From Candidatus Eiseniibacteriota bacterium (GTDB lineage: Bacteria > Eisenbacteria > RBG-16-71-46), in NCBI GenBank assembly GCA_963725865.1, contig CAVSAC010000010.1, positions 832,001 to 896,000 of the forward strand: 64,000 nucleotides of DNA. Reading direction: 5' to 3'. How positions within the stretch are numbered: position 1 is the first letter of the stretch; each line of letters starts with the position of its first letter. Of the stretch, positions 26,897 to 38,247 are shown piece by piece. Under the pieces are notes generated by a model. It was not told the origin of the DNA. It saw only the letters and a list, made by a program, of their open reading frames with translations, and ran no database searches. The translations under genes were made by a program, and so were the position numbers.

Positions 26897-29677
26897 CCCT
26901 GCGGGTGTCCCTGCTGGGATGCGCGCTCGTGGGCGCGGCGCTGTTCGCCGCGCCCGCGGCGCGTGCGGCCGTATCGGTGGACGGGCTCGCGCTGCCCGAC
27001 ACCGGGCTGTTCGCGACCGTGGCGCAGAGCTACCGCATGGACCTCGAGGCGCTCGCGCGTCTCGACGGCCCCGCACGGGTGCGCTGCCTGATCCGCGTCG
27101 GGCGCGTGGACGAGGCGTGCAGCCTGTCGGTGAGCCACCGGCGCGACGGGCGCGACTGGATGCTCGCGGTCGGCGAGGCGATCTTCGCCCGCGACGGCGC
27201 GCTGGCGCCCGGCGACCGCCAGGCATTCGAGCGCCCCGACGCGACCGACCAGGAGCGCCACATCGGCTACCTCGCGATGCGCGGGTGCGACGAGGGCTTC
27301 CGCATCGCGAGCGCCACCCGTGGGCTGGATCTCTCACCCGGCACCGCGGAGCCGACCCCGGACCTGCTGGCGGCCGGGCGCCTGGCGTACGACCTGCTCG
27401 ACTACGCGCGCGCCGAGTCGTGCGCCACCCGGCTGCTCGAGCGGCTGCCGGCGGCCGTCATGGACCTGCGCGCGGGCGCGCTTCCGAGCCCGATGGCGCG
27501 CGCCAGCGCCCTGAACCTGCTCGCGATGGTGCTGCAGCGGCGCCGCGACTGGGACGGAGCGCTCGCGCGCACGACCGAGGCGCTGGCGCTGGCGCCGTCG
27601 GCGGACGCGCTCGAGACGCTCGCGCAGACGCTGATCCGCCTCGGGCGCACCGACGAGGCGATCCGCGCGGCGCAGTGGGCCGCGGTGCTCGACCCGTACG
27701 CCGCGACCTGCTCGGTGACGCCCGATCCCTCGCACGCGAGCGCCCACTACCTGCTCGGCAACGGCTACGCGCCGAAGAACTACACCGAGCTGCTCGCCGC
27801 CTATCCACGGGCGTTCGCCGACGCTCGCGGCCGCGCGGCACTGGCCGCAGCCGACGCGCAGCTCGCGCACGGCGAGCGCGCCGGCGCGCGCGCCGCGTAC
27901 GCCGCGGTGCTCGCCACCCACCCGGGCTGGGCCGACGCACGCGTGCGGCTCGCGTCGCTCGACTTCGAGGACGCGCGCTTCGCCGAGGCGATCGCCGGCT
28001 GCCGCGCCGCGCTGCGCGCGTGCCCCGAGTACGGCCGCGCGCACGCGGTGCTGTCGCGGGCGCTCGAGGCCAAGCGCTTCGTGGTCGACACCCACCGCCC
28101 GGAGTACGAGCGCCGCTTCGCGGCCACGCCGATGCCCGCGCTGCCCGGCATCGAGCGGTTCGTGGTCAACTGGAAGTCACTCTCGCCGCGCCACCAGAAG
28201 CGCGTCGCGCTCTCGATCGCGCCGTGGAAGGCGTACCTGCCGGTGCTGATCGAGGGCGGCGCCACGCTCTACATCAAGCCGATGTCCATGCGGCTGTCCG
28301 AGTGCCCGGGCCAGGAGGCGCTGCGCGACCAGCGCATCGACTACGACTCGCGGCTGTGGGACGACGTGCGCGGCTGCGGCGGCTACCACACGGTGACCGG
28401 CATCGAGGACGTGGAGCGCACGATCTTCGACCGCTACAACACCGTGCTCCACGAGCTGTCGCACCAGGTGCACGGCGTGCTGCCGTCCGACGACGCGCGG
28501 CGGATCGAGGAGCACTACCGCGCCGCCAAGGCACGCGACGACGCCACCCACGACGGGTTCCTGTCGCGCTACGCCGCCGGCAGCGTGTTCGAGTACTTCG
28601 CCGAGGGCGCCAACGCGCTGGAGTCGCCGCGGCGCGACGCGTTCGACCCGCGCGAGATCGTGCGCGAGCGGCTGGACGCGATCGATCCCGCGCTGCGCAC
28701 GCTGGTCGAGGGGCTGATGGCGCGCACCGACGTGGCCGCCTGCTACCCGGTGGCGTTCGTGAACGCGCGGCGACGACCGCGTCGAGCGCGGCAAGGTCGC
28801 CGAGGCGCTGCCGTTCTACCACCAGGCGCTCACGCGCGCGCCGGCCGAGGAGCGCGCGCACGCGGCTCTCGTCAACGCGCTCGTGCTGGGCGGACGCGGG
28901 CCCGAGGCGCTGGCCGCCGCCGAGCGCGCGCGCCAGGCCCAGCCCGCGAGCGGCGCGGTGCAGGTGGCCGCCGCGCGGGCGCTGTGGTTCGGCGGCCGCG
29001 GGCTCGACGCGGCGATCGCCGCGCTGCAGGCGGCGCGGCCCACGCTGCGCGCCGAGGACCGTCCGGCGCTCGACCGCACGCTCGGCCGGCTCGCGTGGGT
29101 GCGCGGCGACGCGGCGCTCGCAGCCGCCGCGTACGACTCGGCACTCACGCGCCAGTCCGACGACCCCGCCGCGCTGTGGGGCAAGGCGTCGGCGCTGGCA
29201 CTGGGCCTGCACTGGGACGACGCGTTCGCGCTGTACGAGCAGGCGGTGCGCATGCGCACCGGCATCCCCGAGCTGCGCTGCGACTACGCGCGCGACCTGC
29301 TGCGCGCCGGGCGCGCGGACGCCGCCCGCGCGCAGCTCGACGCCGCACGGCTGCTGGACCCCGACGATCCGCAGGCCGAGGCGCTGCGAGGCTGGGCCGA
29401 GCTGGCGGACGAGCGGCCCGACTCGGCCGCCGCGCACGCGGCGCGCGCGCTGGGCGGGGCACCGTGGTGCGACCTCGCGCGCATCGTGCAGGGCCGCGCG
29501 GCCCAGGTGCGCGGGCGCACCGTCGCGGCGCAGCAGGCGTGGGCGCCGGTGCAGGCGCGCATCCGCTCCGGTGCGCCGCCTGCCTACGTCTACCGCCAGC
29601 GCCAGGCGGCGTGGACCGAGGTGCACACGCTGCCCGCGGTCGAGCGCGCATTGCTCGCGGAGTGGGCGGGGCGGTAG
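26893..29677 (+). CDS. Secreted TPR protein with a central HExxH zinc-metallopeptidase domain; apparent frameshift near 28768
   Basis: ATGA overlap with the OPT stop; signal peptide; TPR-like helices; YNTVLHELSHQVH..SRYA..EYFAEG; C-terminal TPRs continue in ORF 28883..29677. Confidence 0.78.
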
Positions 29678-29744
29678 CGGGAAACCCAGATGCCGAGGGC
29701 CACGGCACGCGCCGCGGCCTCGGGCGCCGATCCATGCGCACCCC

Positions 29745-31892
29745 TCATCGCACGATCGCCAGCCTCCGGCTCGCGTCGCCCGCGCTCGTCTCGAGCCGCA
29801 CCACGTACATGCCGACCGGCACCGCGTGGCCCGCGTGGTCGCGGCCGTCCCACGTGAGCTGGTGCGGCCCGGCGGCGGCGAGTGGCTCGGCGTGCTCCCA
29901 CACCAGCGCGCCGCGCACGTCGTACACGCGCACGCGCGCCGGGCCCGACTGCGGCAGCGCGTACGCCAGCACCGCGCCCGCGCGAGTCGGATTCGGCCAC
30001 GGCGCCGCCAGCGCCAGGCGCGCGGCGAGCGGCGGCGGCGCGGCGGTGATCGACATCGGCGCGGACATGCCGAGGATCCAGCCATCGGGATCGAGCGCCA
30101 CCGTCGTGGGCGCGGCATCGACGTGGAAGTTGAACGGCTGGAACGCCAGCGAGTCCCACGCCACGAACGTGCGCGGGCCGGCGCCGGTGTTGATCCGCAC
30201 GTCGACCGGCATCCAGAACTTCTGCCACGCCTGTTGCTGGGTGATCACCACGGTCACGTCGTAGCCGCCGATCGCCGACGGCGCGCTGGCCCAGCTGTAG
30301 CCGTACTGCGGGTAGTACTCGCCGTAGAACCACTCGTCGAAGTACTTGGTCAGGTCGCGGCCGCCGACGCTCGCGCACACGTCGCGGAACTGCTCCGTGG
30401 TCGCGGTGCCGTAGGCGTACTGCTCGCCGTACTGGCGCAGCGCCTGGAAGAACAGCGTGTCGCTCATCACGTGCCGCAGCATGTGGAGCAGCCACGCGCC
30501 CTTCTCGTACGACAGGTTGCTGTCGAAGACGCGGTTGTCGTCCAGCTCGTCGGGCGCCCACACGGTGCCGGGGCCGTAGTAGCGGTAGTTCTCCAGGTAC
30601 GCGTGGTACGCCGCGAGGCCGCTCTGCGACTCGGCCCACAGCGCTTCGCAGTACGTCGCGAATCCCTCGTTGAGCCACACGTGGTGGAAGTCGTTGCACG
30701 TGACGTGGTCGCCCCACCACTGGTGTCCCAGCTCGTGCGCGACCACCGACTCCCAGAACCCGCCGAGGCTGGTGAGGGTCTGGTTCTCCATCCCGCCGCC
30801 CCACGTGTTCTGCACTTCGCCGTACTTCTCATCCTGGAACGGGTACGGGCCGAAGCGCGCGGCGTACGCGCCGATCATGCCCTTGACCTTGGCGTTGACC
30901 GCGGCGGCGCCCGCGACGCTCTCGGGGAACAGGTAGAAGTTCAGCGGCATCGAGTCGGCCGGGCTCGGCCGGTACCAGTCGCTCACGGTGGTGAACGCGA
31001 AGCTGGTGACCGCGACCAGGTAGGTGGCGATCGGATGGCGCTCCTTCCAGACCGTGGTCGCGTGCAGCCCGTCGTCGACCGACGACAGCAGCGTGCCGTT
31101 GCCCGCGGTGAGCATTCCGCTGGGCACCCGCACGCGGACGCTGACCGAGTCCGCCTTGTCCTCGGGCGCGTCCTTGCACGGCCACCACTCGCGCGCGCCG
31201 AACATCTCACTCAGCGTCCAGATCAGCGGGGTGCCGCTGTGGGTCTCGAACGAGAACACGGTCCCGAACGCGCCACCGCCGGGCGGGACACCGTGGTACC
31301 AGATCATGAGGTCGACGTTCTCGCCGCTCGCGTAGGCACGATCGAGCAGCACCGTGAGGACCGCGCCGGCGTGCGCGGCGCCGGTCGTGACTCCGGCAGC
31401 CTTCACCGAGTCGACGGTCATGCTGGCCGCGAGATCGAGGTCGAGCGTGGACAGGGGCCCGTCCACCACCGTCGCGCGCATGTGCACCGAGCCGGTGATC
31501 AGGTGCGTCGCCGGCACCAGGTCGAGATCGAGGTCGTAGGTGCGCGCGTCGTAGCGCCGCTGGCTGGGCGTGGCGACGGCGGGCGCCGCGCCGAGCCCGG
31601 CACGCGCCGCCTGGCGGGCGCGGATCTTGTGGAACGCCAGGTACGGCGCGGGCGCATTCTCCTCGATCACGCCACCCGGCCAGCCGGAGGCGTCCGGCGG
31701 CACGTAGATCGGCGCGGCGTGCGCGGCGGTGGCCGTGAGGATCAGCGCGAAGACCGCGAGGGCGATGCATGCGAGCGCCGCTGGGTGAGGCGGCGCGGCG
31801 GCGAGCGCACGGCCGGGCGCGAACCCGAGCACGCGGCGGCGGCGCGACGGAGCGAGGAGCGGCGACGGGGCGCAGGGTGGGATCGGGGTCAC
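29745..31892 (-). CDS. M1 family aminopeptidase with a C-terminal FlgD-Ig/T9SS-like domain
   Basis: GGMENQT, HELGHQWWG..WLNEGFATY, YEKGAWLLHMLR; tail PWPNP..VYDVRG..WDGRD..GMYVVRL. GTG start overlaps the GTPase stop; start position uncertain. Confidence 0.9.
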   Translation of the reverse strand: MTPIPPCAPSPLLAPSRRRRVLGFAPGRALAAAPPHPAALACIALAVFALILTATAAHAAPIYVPPDASGWPGGVIEENAPAPYLAFHKIRARQAARAGLGAAPAVATPSQRRYDARTYDLDLDLVPATHLITGSVHMRATVVDGPLSTLDLDLAASMTVDSVKAAGVTTGAAHAGAVLTVLLDRAYASGENVDLMIWYHGVPPGGGAFGTVFSFETHSGTPLIWTLSEMFGAREWWPCKDAPEDKADSVSVRVRVPSGMLTAGNGTLLSSVDDGLHATTVWKERHPIATYLVAVTSFAFTTVSDWYRPSPADSMPLNFYLFPESVAGAAAVNAKVKGMIGAYAARFGPYPFQDEKYGEVQNTWGGGMENQTLTSLGGFWESVVAHELGHQWWGDHVTCNDFHHVWLNEGFATYCEALWAESQSGLAAYHAYLENYRYYGPGTVWAPDELDDNRVFDSNLSYEKGAWLLHMLRHVMSDTLFFQALRQYGEQYAYGTATTEQFRDVCASVGGRDLTKYFDEWFYGEYYPQYGYSWASAPSAIGGYDVTVVITQQQAWQKFWMPVDVRINTGAGPRTFVAWDSLAFQPFNFHVDAAPTTVALDPDGWILGMSAPMSITAAPPPLAARLALAAPWPNPTRAGAVLAYALPQSGPARVRVYDVRGALVWEHAEPLAAAGPHQLTWDGRDHAGHAVPVGMYVVRLETSAGDASRRLAIVR

Positions 31893-32881
31893 GCGTGCAA
31901 TTCTACGATGTCCCGATCGGCGAGCACATGGTCTTTGTCGACCTGTTGTCCGTCGAAGCGCGCGTGCCCCCACACTCGCGCGAACCGCAGGTGCGCGGCG
32001 ATGTCCTTGTGCACCGCGACCGCGAGGTCGTGCACGGTCGCCCCCGCCGCCAGCACGAACGGGCGCACGTGGTCCGCCTTGTGCCCCGGCTCCTTCGCGT
32101 AGATGCGCACGCGGTCGAGGTCCAAGAACAATGCCCGCCGCAGATCCTCGAGCCCCTCGCCGCGAGTCGCGGAGACGCGGTGCTGCGGCCAGCCGTGGGC
32201 GAGATGCTCCTGCGCCAGCGCGGCGAACGTGCCGTCGTCGTCGAGGTCGAGCTTGTTGAGCGCGAGCCGCACCGGGCGCACCTGCAGGAACGGCGGCGCG
32301 TCGGCCGGCAGCGGAGCCGTGCGCGGCCACACCCGCGCGCGCTCGAGCAGCGTGGCGAGCGAGCGCACCGCGACCGGCAGGTCGTCGTCGGCCGGGTCGA
32401 GCACCGCCAGCACGCCGTCGGCGTTGTGCACCAGGTTCACCATGTAGCTCTCGGCGTGCTGCGCGGTCACCGCGGGCGTGTCGACCAGCTGCACCTGCAC
32501 GTCCTCGAACGGCATCATGCCCGGCTGCGGCGCGCGGGTCGTGAACGGGTACGGCGCCACTTCCGGGTGCGCGTGCGTGAGCGCGGCGAGCAGCGCCGAC
32601 TTGCCGGCGTTCGGCGGGCCGATCAGCACCCACTGTCCCGCGCCCTCGCGCTTCACGTGACCGGGATCGACGTGGTGGGCGCCGCTGCGGCTGCCCTGGG
32701 CGGCCTCGTCCTCGAGCTTCGCGAGCCGGCGCCGCAGGTCGGCGTGCAGCTTCTCGGTGCCCTTGTGCTTGGGCATGATCGCGAGCATCTCGCGCAGGGC
32801 GGCGAGCTTCTCCTCGTGGCCCGTCGCCTCGCGGAAGCGCTGCTCGGCTTCCTTGTACTGCGGCGTCAGGTTGGCCGGCAT
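31889..32881 (-). CDS. DRG-like OBG-family GTPase with C-terminal TGS domain
   Basis: MPANLTPQY, PKHKGTEKL, G1 GPPNAGKS, G2 YPFTT, G3 DTPA, G4 NKLD, TGS-like GQQVDKDHVLADRDIVELH. Confidence 0.9.
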   Translation of the reverse strand: MPANLTPQYKEAEQRFREATGHEEKLAALREMLAIMPKHKGTEKLHADLRRRLAKLEDEAAQGSRSGAHHVDPGHVKREGAGQWVLIGPPNAGKSALLAALTHAHPEVAPYPFTTRAPQPGMMPFEDVQVQLVDTPAVTAQHAESYMVNLVHNADGVLAVLDPADDDLPVAVRSLATLLERARVWPRTAPLPADAPPFLQVRPVRLALNKLDLDDDGTFAALAQEHLAHGWPQHRVSATRGEGLEDLRRALFLDLDRVRIYAKEPGHKADHVRPFVLAAGATVHDLAVAVHKDIAAHLRFARVWGHARFDGQQVDKDHVLADRDIVELHA

Positions 32882-32947
32882 GGGGGGATTCTAGGACGAC
32901 GCGGCGCGATTTGCACCGGACCCGTGCGGCTCGTACGCTGCCGCGTC

Positions 32948-34489
32948 ATGAAACGTGTGCGAGCCGCCGGTATCCTGTTGCACCCGACCTCGCTGCCGGG
33001 GCGCTTCGGCATCGGGGACCTGGGCCCCGACGCCGTGCGCTTCGTGGACGCGATCGCCGACGCCGGCATGCAGCTGTGGCAGATCCTGCCGCTGGGCCCG
33101 ACCGGCTTCGGCGACTCCCCCTACCAGTGCTTCTCGGCGTTCGCCGGCAATCCCTACCTGGTGAGCCCGGAGCGGCTGGCCGAGGACGGCCTGCTCACGC
33201 GCGCCGAGCTCGACGCGGTGCCGGCGTTCCCGACCGACCGGGTGGACTTCGGCCCCTTGATCGAATGGAAGTCCGCCCTGCTCGACCACGCGTGGTCCGC
33301 GTACCAGGCGGGCCGCGGAGCGGCGCTGCGCAAGCCGTTCACGAACTTCTGCACCGCGCAGGCCGCGTGGCTCGACGACTACGCGCTGTTCATGGCGCTC
33401 AAGAAAGGCCACGGCGGCCGCGCCTGGCCCGAGTGGGACGCGCGCCTGGTCGCGCGCGAGCCGCGTGCGCTGAGCGCCGCGCGTTCGGCGCTCGTGGCGG
33501 CGATCGACGCGCAGCGCTTCCGCCAGTTCCTGTTCTTCCGCCAGTGGGAGGCGGTCCGCGCGCACGCCCACGCGCGCGGCGTGCGCATCATCGGCGACCT
33601 GCCGATCTTCGTCGCGCACGACAGCGCGGACGTCTGGGCGCATCCCGAGCTGTTCCACCTCGACGCGCGCGGCCGCTGCCTGGTGGTCGCGGGGGTGCCG
33701 CCGGACTACTTCAGCAAGACCGGCCAGCTGTGGGGCAATCCGCTCTACCGCTGGGACGTCTCCGAGCGCACCGGCCACGCGTGGTGGATCGAGCGCATGC
33801 GCTCCACGCTGGCGCTGGTCGACATCGTGCGCATCGACCACTTCCGCGGCTTCGAGGCGTACTACGAGATCCTCGGCGGCGCCCCTACGGCCGAGACTGG
33901 CCGCTGGGTGAAGGGGCCGGGTGCCCCGTTCTTCCACGCGCTGCGCGCGGCGCTCGGCGACCTGCCGATCATCGCCGAGGACCTGGGCGTGGTGACGCCC
34001 GAGATGATCGCGCTGCGCGACGGGCTCGGGCTGCCGGGCATGAAGGTGCTGCAGTTCGGCTTCGGCGACGACGATCAGCATCCGTTCCTGCCCCACCACC
34101 ACGTGCCCAACTGCGTGGTGTACACCGGCACCCACGACAACGACACCACGCGCGGCTGGTACGCCACCGCCCCCGAGGTGGAGCGCGACCTGGCGCGCCG
34201 CTACCTGGGGCGCGACGGCCACGACATCGCGTGGGACCTGATCCGCGCGGCGTTCGCCTCGGTCGCCGAGACCGCGGTGGTGCCGCTGCAGGACGTGTTC
34301 GACCTCGGCACCAGCGCGCGCATGAACCTGCCCGGCAGCCTCGGCGGCAACTGGGCGTGGCGCTTCACGTGGAGCCAGTTCACCGACCTGCACCGCGCGC
34401 GGCTGCGCGGCCTCGCGTCGCTCTACTCGCGGCTGCCGGTGAAGGTCGCGGTGGCCGCGAAGCCCGCCATCGCGCCCGCGACCGCGTGA
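32948..34489 (+). CDS. malQ: 4-alpha-glucanotransferase (amylomaltase, GH77)
   Basis: GILLHPTSLP, WQILPLGP, GDLPIFV, GVPPDYFS..GQLWGNP, RIDHFRG, IAEDLG, YTGTHDN, RMNLPG..NWAWR. Confidence 0.97.
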   Translation: MKRVRAAGILLHPTSLPGRFGIGDLGPDAVRFVDAIADAGMQLWQILPLGPTGFGDSPYQCFSAFAGNPYLVSPERLAEDGLLTRAELDAVPAFPTDRVDFGPLIEWKSALLDHAWSAYQAGRGAALRKPFTNFCTAQAAWLDDYALFMALKKGHGGRAWPEWDARLVAREPRALSAARSALVAAIDAQRFRQFLFFRQWEAVRAHAHARGVRIIGDLPIFVAHDSADVWAHPELFHLDARGRCLVVAGVPPDYFSKTGQLWGNPLYRWDVSERTGHAWWIERMRSTLALVDIVRIDHFRGFEAYYEILGGAPTAETGRWVKGPGAPFFHALRAALGDLPIIAEDLGVVTPEMIALRDGLGLPGMKVLQFGFGDDDQHPFLPHHHVPNCVVYTGTHDNDTTRGWYATAPEVERDLARRYLGRDGHDIAWDLIRAAFASVAETAVVPLQDVFDLGTSARMNLPGSLGGNWAWRFTWSQFTDLHRARLRGLASLYSRLPVKVAVAAKPAIAPATA

Positions 34490-34588
34490 GGCGCCGGCCA
34501 CATCGAGCGCCCGGGGCGGTGCGTGTCGGCCTCCCGCTGCTCCCCATCGCCGCGTGAAGGATCCGGACCCGCGTCGTTCAGCGCGGCG

Positions 34589-35878
<1,290 letters not shown>

Positions 35879-35939
35879 CGCGTGATCCTCGGTGGGAAGT
35901 GAATGGGCGCCGGCACTCTACACCAGTGCCCCGCGGCTT

Positions 35940-37334
35940 TCAGCCTTCGGTGGACTCGTCGATCACCACGCGCGCGAGCGGGCGCGACAGCCGCTGCGCC
36001 ACGCGCGCCACCAGGAACGAGGCCACCGCGATCAACCCGACCACCAGCCCCCACCACAGCCCGACCGCGCCGAAGCCGACCCGGAACGCGAGCAGCAGGC
36101 TGACCGGCAGTCCGAGCAGCCAGAAGCCCAGCACGTTCACGAGCATCGGCGTGCGTGTGTCACCGACCCCGCGCAGCACGCCGATCGAGACCACCTGCAG
36201 TCCGTCGAACACCTGGAACACGCCCGCGATCGGGATCAGCGCGACCGCCACCGCCAGCACCGCCGACTCGCGCGTGTAGACGCCGGCCAGCGCGCCGGGC
36301 AGCAGCGTCAGCGTCAGCCCCGAGAGCGCCATGAACGCCGCCCCGGTGCCGAGCGCCGCGACCGCGCCGCGGCGCGCACCGTCCGGGTCGCCCGCGCCGA
36401 CCGCGCGCCCGACCACCACCGCGGCCGCGCCCGCGACGCCGAGCGGCACCATGAACGTGAGCGAGGCGATGTTGATGGCGATCTGGTGCGCCGCCATCGC
36501 CTGGGTGCCGATGCGGCCCATCAGCAGCGCCACGACCGAGAACACGCCCATCTCGAGCAGGAACTGCACGCCGATCGGGATCCCCAGCCGCAGCATGCGC
36601 ATCAGCGGCAGCGGCTCGAGCACCGCGCGCTCGAAGCGGGTCACGCACGGCGCCAGCTCGCGCCACGCCAGCGCGAGCAGGCCGGCGACCAGCATCCAGC
36701 GCGAGGCCGAGGTCGCGAGCGCCGCGCCCGCCGCGCCCAGCGCCGGCAGCCCGCCGTGCCCGAAGATGAGCGCCCACGCGAGCCCCAGGTTGAGCAGGTT
36801 CGCCGCCGTCATCGAGATCACGATCGGCGCGAGCCGGCCCATCGCCTGCAGGCTCTGGCGCAGCACGATGAACGCGTAGAACGGCAGCACCCCGGGCACG
36901 CACGCCGCCGCGTAGCTCGCCGCGCGCGGGATCACGTCGGCCGGCTGGCCGAGCCCCACGAAGATCGCCCGCGCGGGCAGGAAGCCGAACGACGTGACCA
37001 GCGTGAACCCGCCGGCGATCACCAGCCCGCGCTGCACGCCGCGCGTGACGCCCGCGGCGTCGCGCGCACCCACCGCCTGCGCCACCACCGGGTCGAGCGC
37101 GAACAGCGTGCCCATCCCGAGGCCGACCACCGCGAAGAAGTAGAGGTTGCCGAGCGCGCCCGCCGCGAGGTCGGCGGCGGACAGATGGCCGAGCAGGATC
37201 GAGTCCACCACGCCCATCGCCATCATGCCGACCTGCACCACCACGATCGGCAGCGCGAGCTCGAGCAGCCCCCGCAGGTCGTCGGGACCCGGGCGGAACG
37301 CGCGCAGCGGAGTGCGGGGAGCGGAGTGCGACAT
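35940..37334 (-). CDS. MATE family efflux transporter
   Basis: LALPIVV..VDSILLG, AAHQIAIN..FMVPLG, FQVFDGLQ..GVLRGVGDT, GAVGLWWG. Confidence 0.93.
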   Translation of the reverse strand: MSHSAPRTPLRAFRPGPDDLRGLLELALPIVVVQVGMMAMGVVDSILLGHLSAADLAAGALGNLYFFAVVGLGMGTLFALDPVVAQAVGARDAAGVTRGVQRGLVIAGGFTLVTSFGFLPARAIFVGLGQPADVIPRAASYAAACVPGVLPFYAFIVLRQSLQAMGRLAPIVISMTAANLLNLGLAWALIFGHGGLPALGAAGAALATSASRWMLVAGLLALAWRELAPCVTRFERAVLEPLPLMRMLRLGIPIGVQFLLEMGVFSVVALLMGRIGTQAMAAHQIAINIASLTFMVPLGVAGAAAVVVGRAVGAGDPDGARRGAVAALGTGAAFMALSGLTLTLLPGALAGVYTRESAVLAVAVALIPIAGVFQVFDGLQVVSIGVLRGVGDTRTPMLVNVLGFWLLGLPVSLLLAFRVGFGAVGLWWGLVVGLIAVASFLVARVAQRLSRPLARVVIDESTEG

Positions 37335-37420
37335 GGTTCCTCGAGCCGCGTCGGCCCCCGAGACGCCGACGCGCGCGACTCGGTGAGCCGCGCGCGTGAT
37401 GGGCGCCGGAGCGCGCGGAG

Positions 37421-38092
37421 CTATTCGTTCTTCATCGACGCCACCAGCGCGTCGAACTCGCCCTTCGCCGCTTCGAGCGTCTTGCGCGGCCCGGTGAGCT
37501 TGAAGAACACCGAACCCTGGGGCGCCGAGACGATCGCGCCGAGCAGGGCGTAGCCGGGCTTGGTGCCGGTCGACTGCATCATCGGCCCGGCCGGCGCCAG
37601 ATACGTGCCGCCGACCTTCACCAGCGAGACCTGCATGCCGTTCACCGTGCGCGAGGAGCGCTCGGCCGGGCTCGCGCCCTGGAACTGGCTCACCCAGCGC
37701 TGGATGTTCGACTCCACGTCGCCGCCCTGCGAGGCGCCGAAGTAGAACACGCCGCATTCGCCGCCCTCGGCGTCGCCGCTCGCGGCCGGCACCAGGTAGG
37801 TCGCCACCCGCATCGCGCGGTCCTCCGCGAGCGTCCAGCGCTTGGGCACGTTCCACTTCACGCCGGCCGCGGCGTCCGGCGCGGTGGCCGGCGGCGGGGA
37901 TTCGACCTGCCCGCCCATCATGGTCTCGTGGCCCGGCGGCATCTGCCCATCGCCTCCGGGCGCGATCATGCCGCGGGTGCCCCCCTGACCCGGCTGGGCC
38001 GCGGCGACTGGCTCCTGCTTCTTCTGGCAGCCCATCAGCGCGAGGGTGGCGCACAGGGCGATGACGACCGGGATGCGGGTGAAGCGTTCCAT
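37421..38092 (-). CDS. Hypothetical lipoprotein
   Basis: Lipobox LMGC; low-complexity linker; GGDVESNIQRWVSQF and FFKLTGP motifs. Confidence 0.75.
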   Translation of the reverse strand: MERFTRIPVVIALCATLALMGCQKKQEPVAAAQPGQGGTRGMIAPGGDGQMPPGHETMMGGQVESPPPATAPDAAAGVKWNVPKRWTLAEDRAMRVATYLVPAASGDAEGGECGVFYFGASQGGDVESNIQRWVSQFQGASPAERSSRTVNGMQVSLVKVGGTYLAPAGPMMQSTGTKPGYALLGAIVSAPQGSVFFKLTGPRKTLEAAKGEFDALVASMKNE

Positions 38093-38247
38093 GCGATGGA
38101 CTCCTTGCCCGATGACGCGGGGACGAACGTCCCCCGATAGGTTCATGGTTCCGAGCGGCGCGCATCCTAGCACCGCGCCGCGCGACTCGCACGCCGCCCC
38201 GCGTCGGCACCGGGTCGCCCCACGGAGGTTGTGCTAGCGTGCCCGCC

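Noticed and set aside
25873..30264. 1463-aa ORF
   Set aside because: Only about 26893-28768 is real coding sequence; the flanks are off-frame OPT and post-frameshift sequence.
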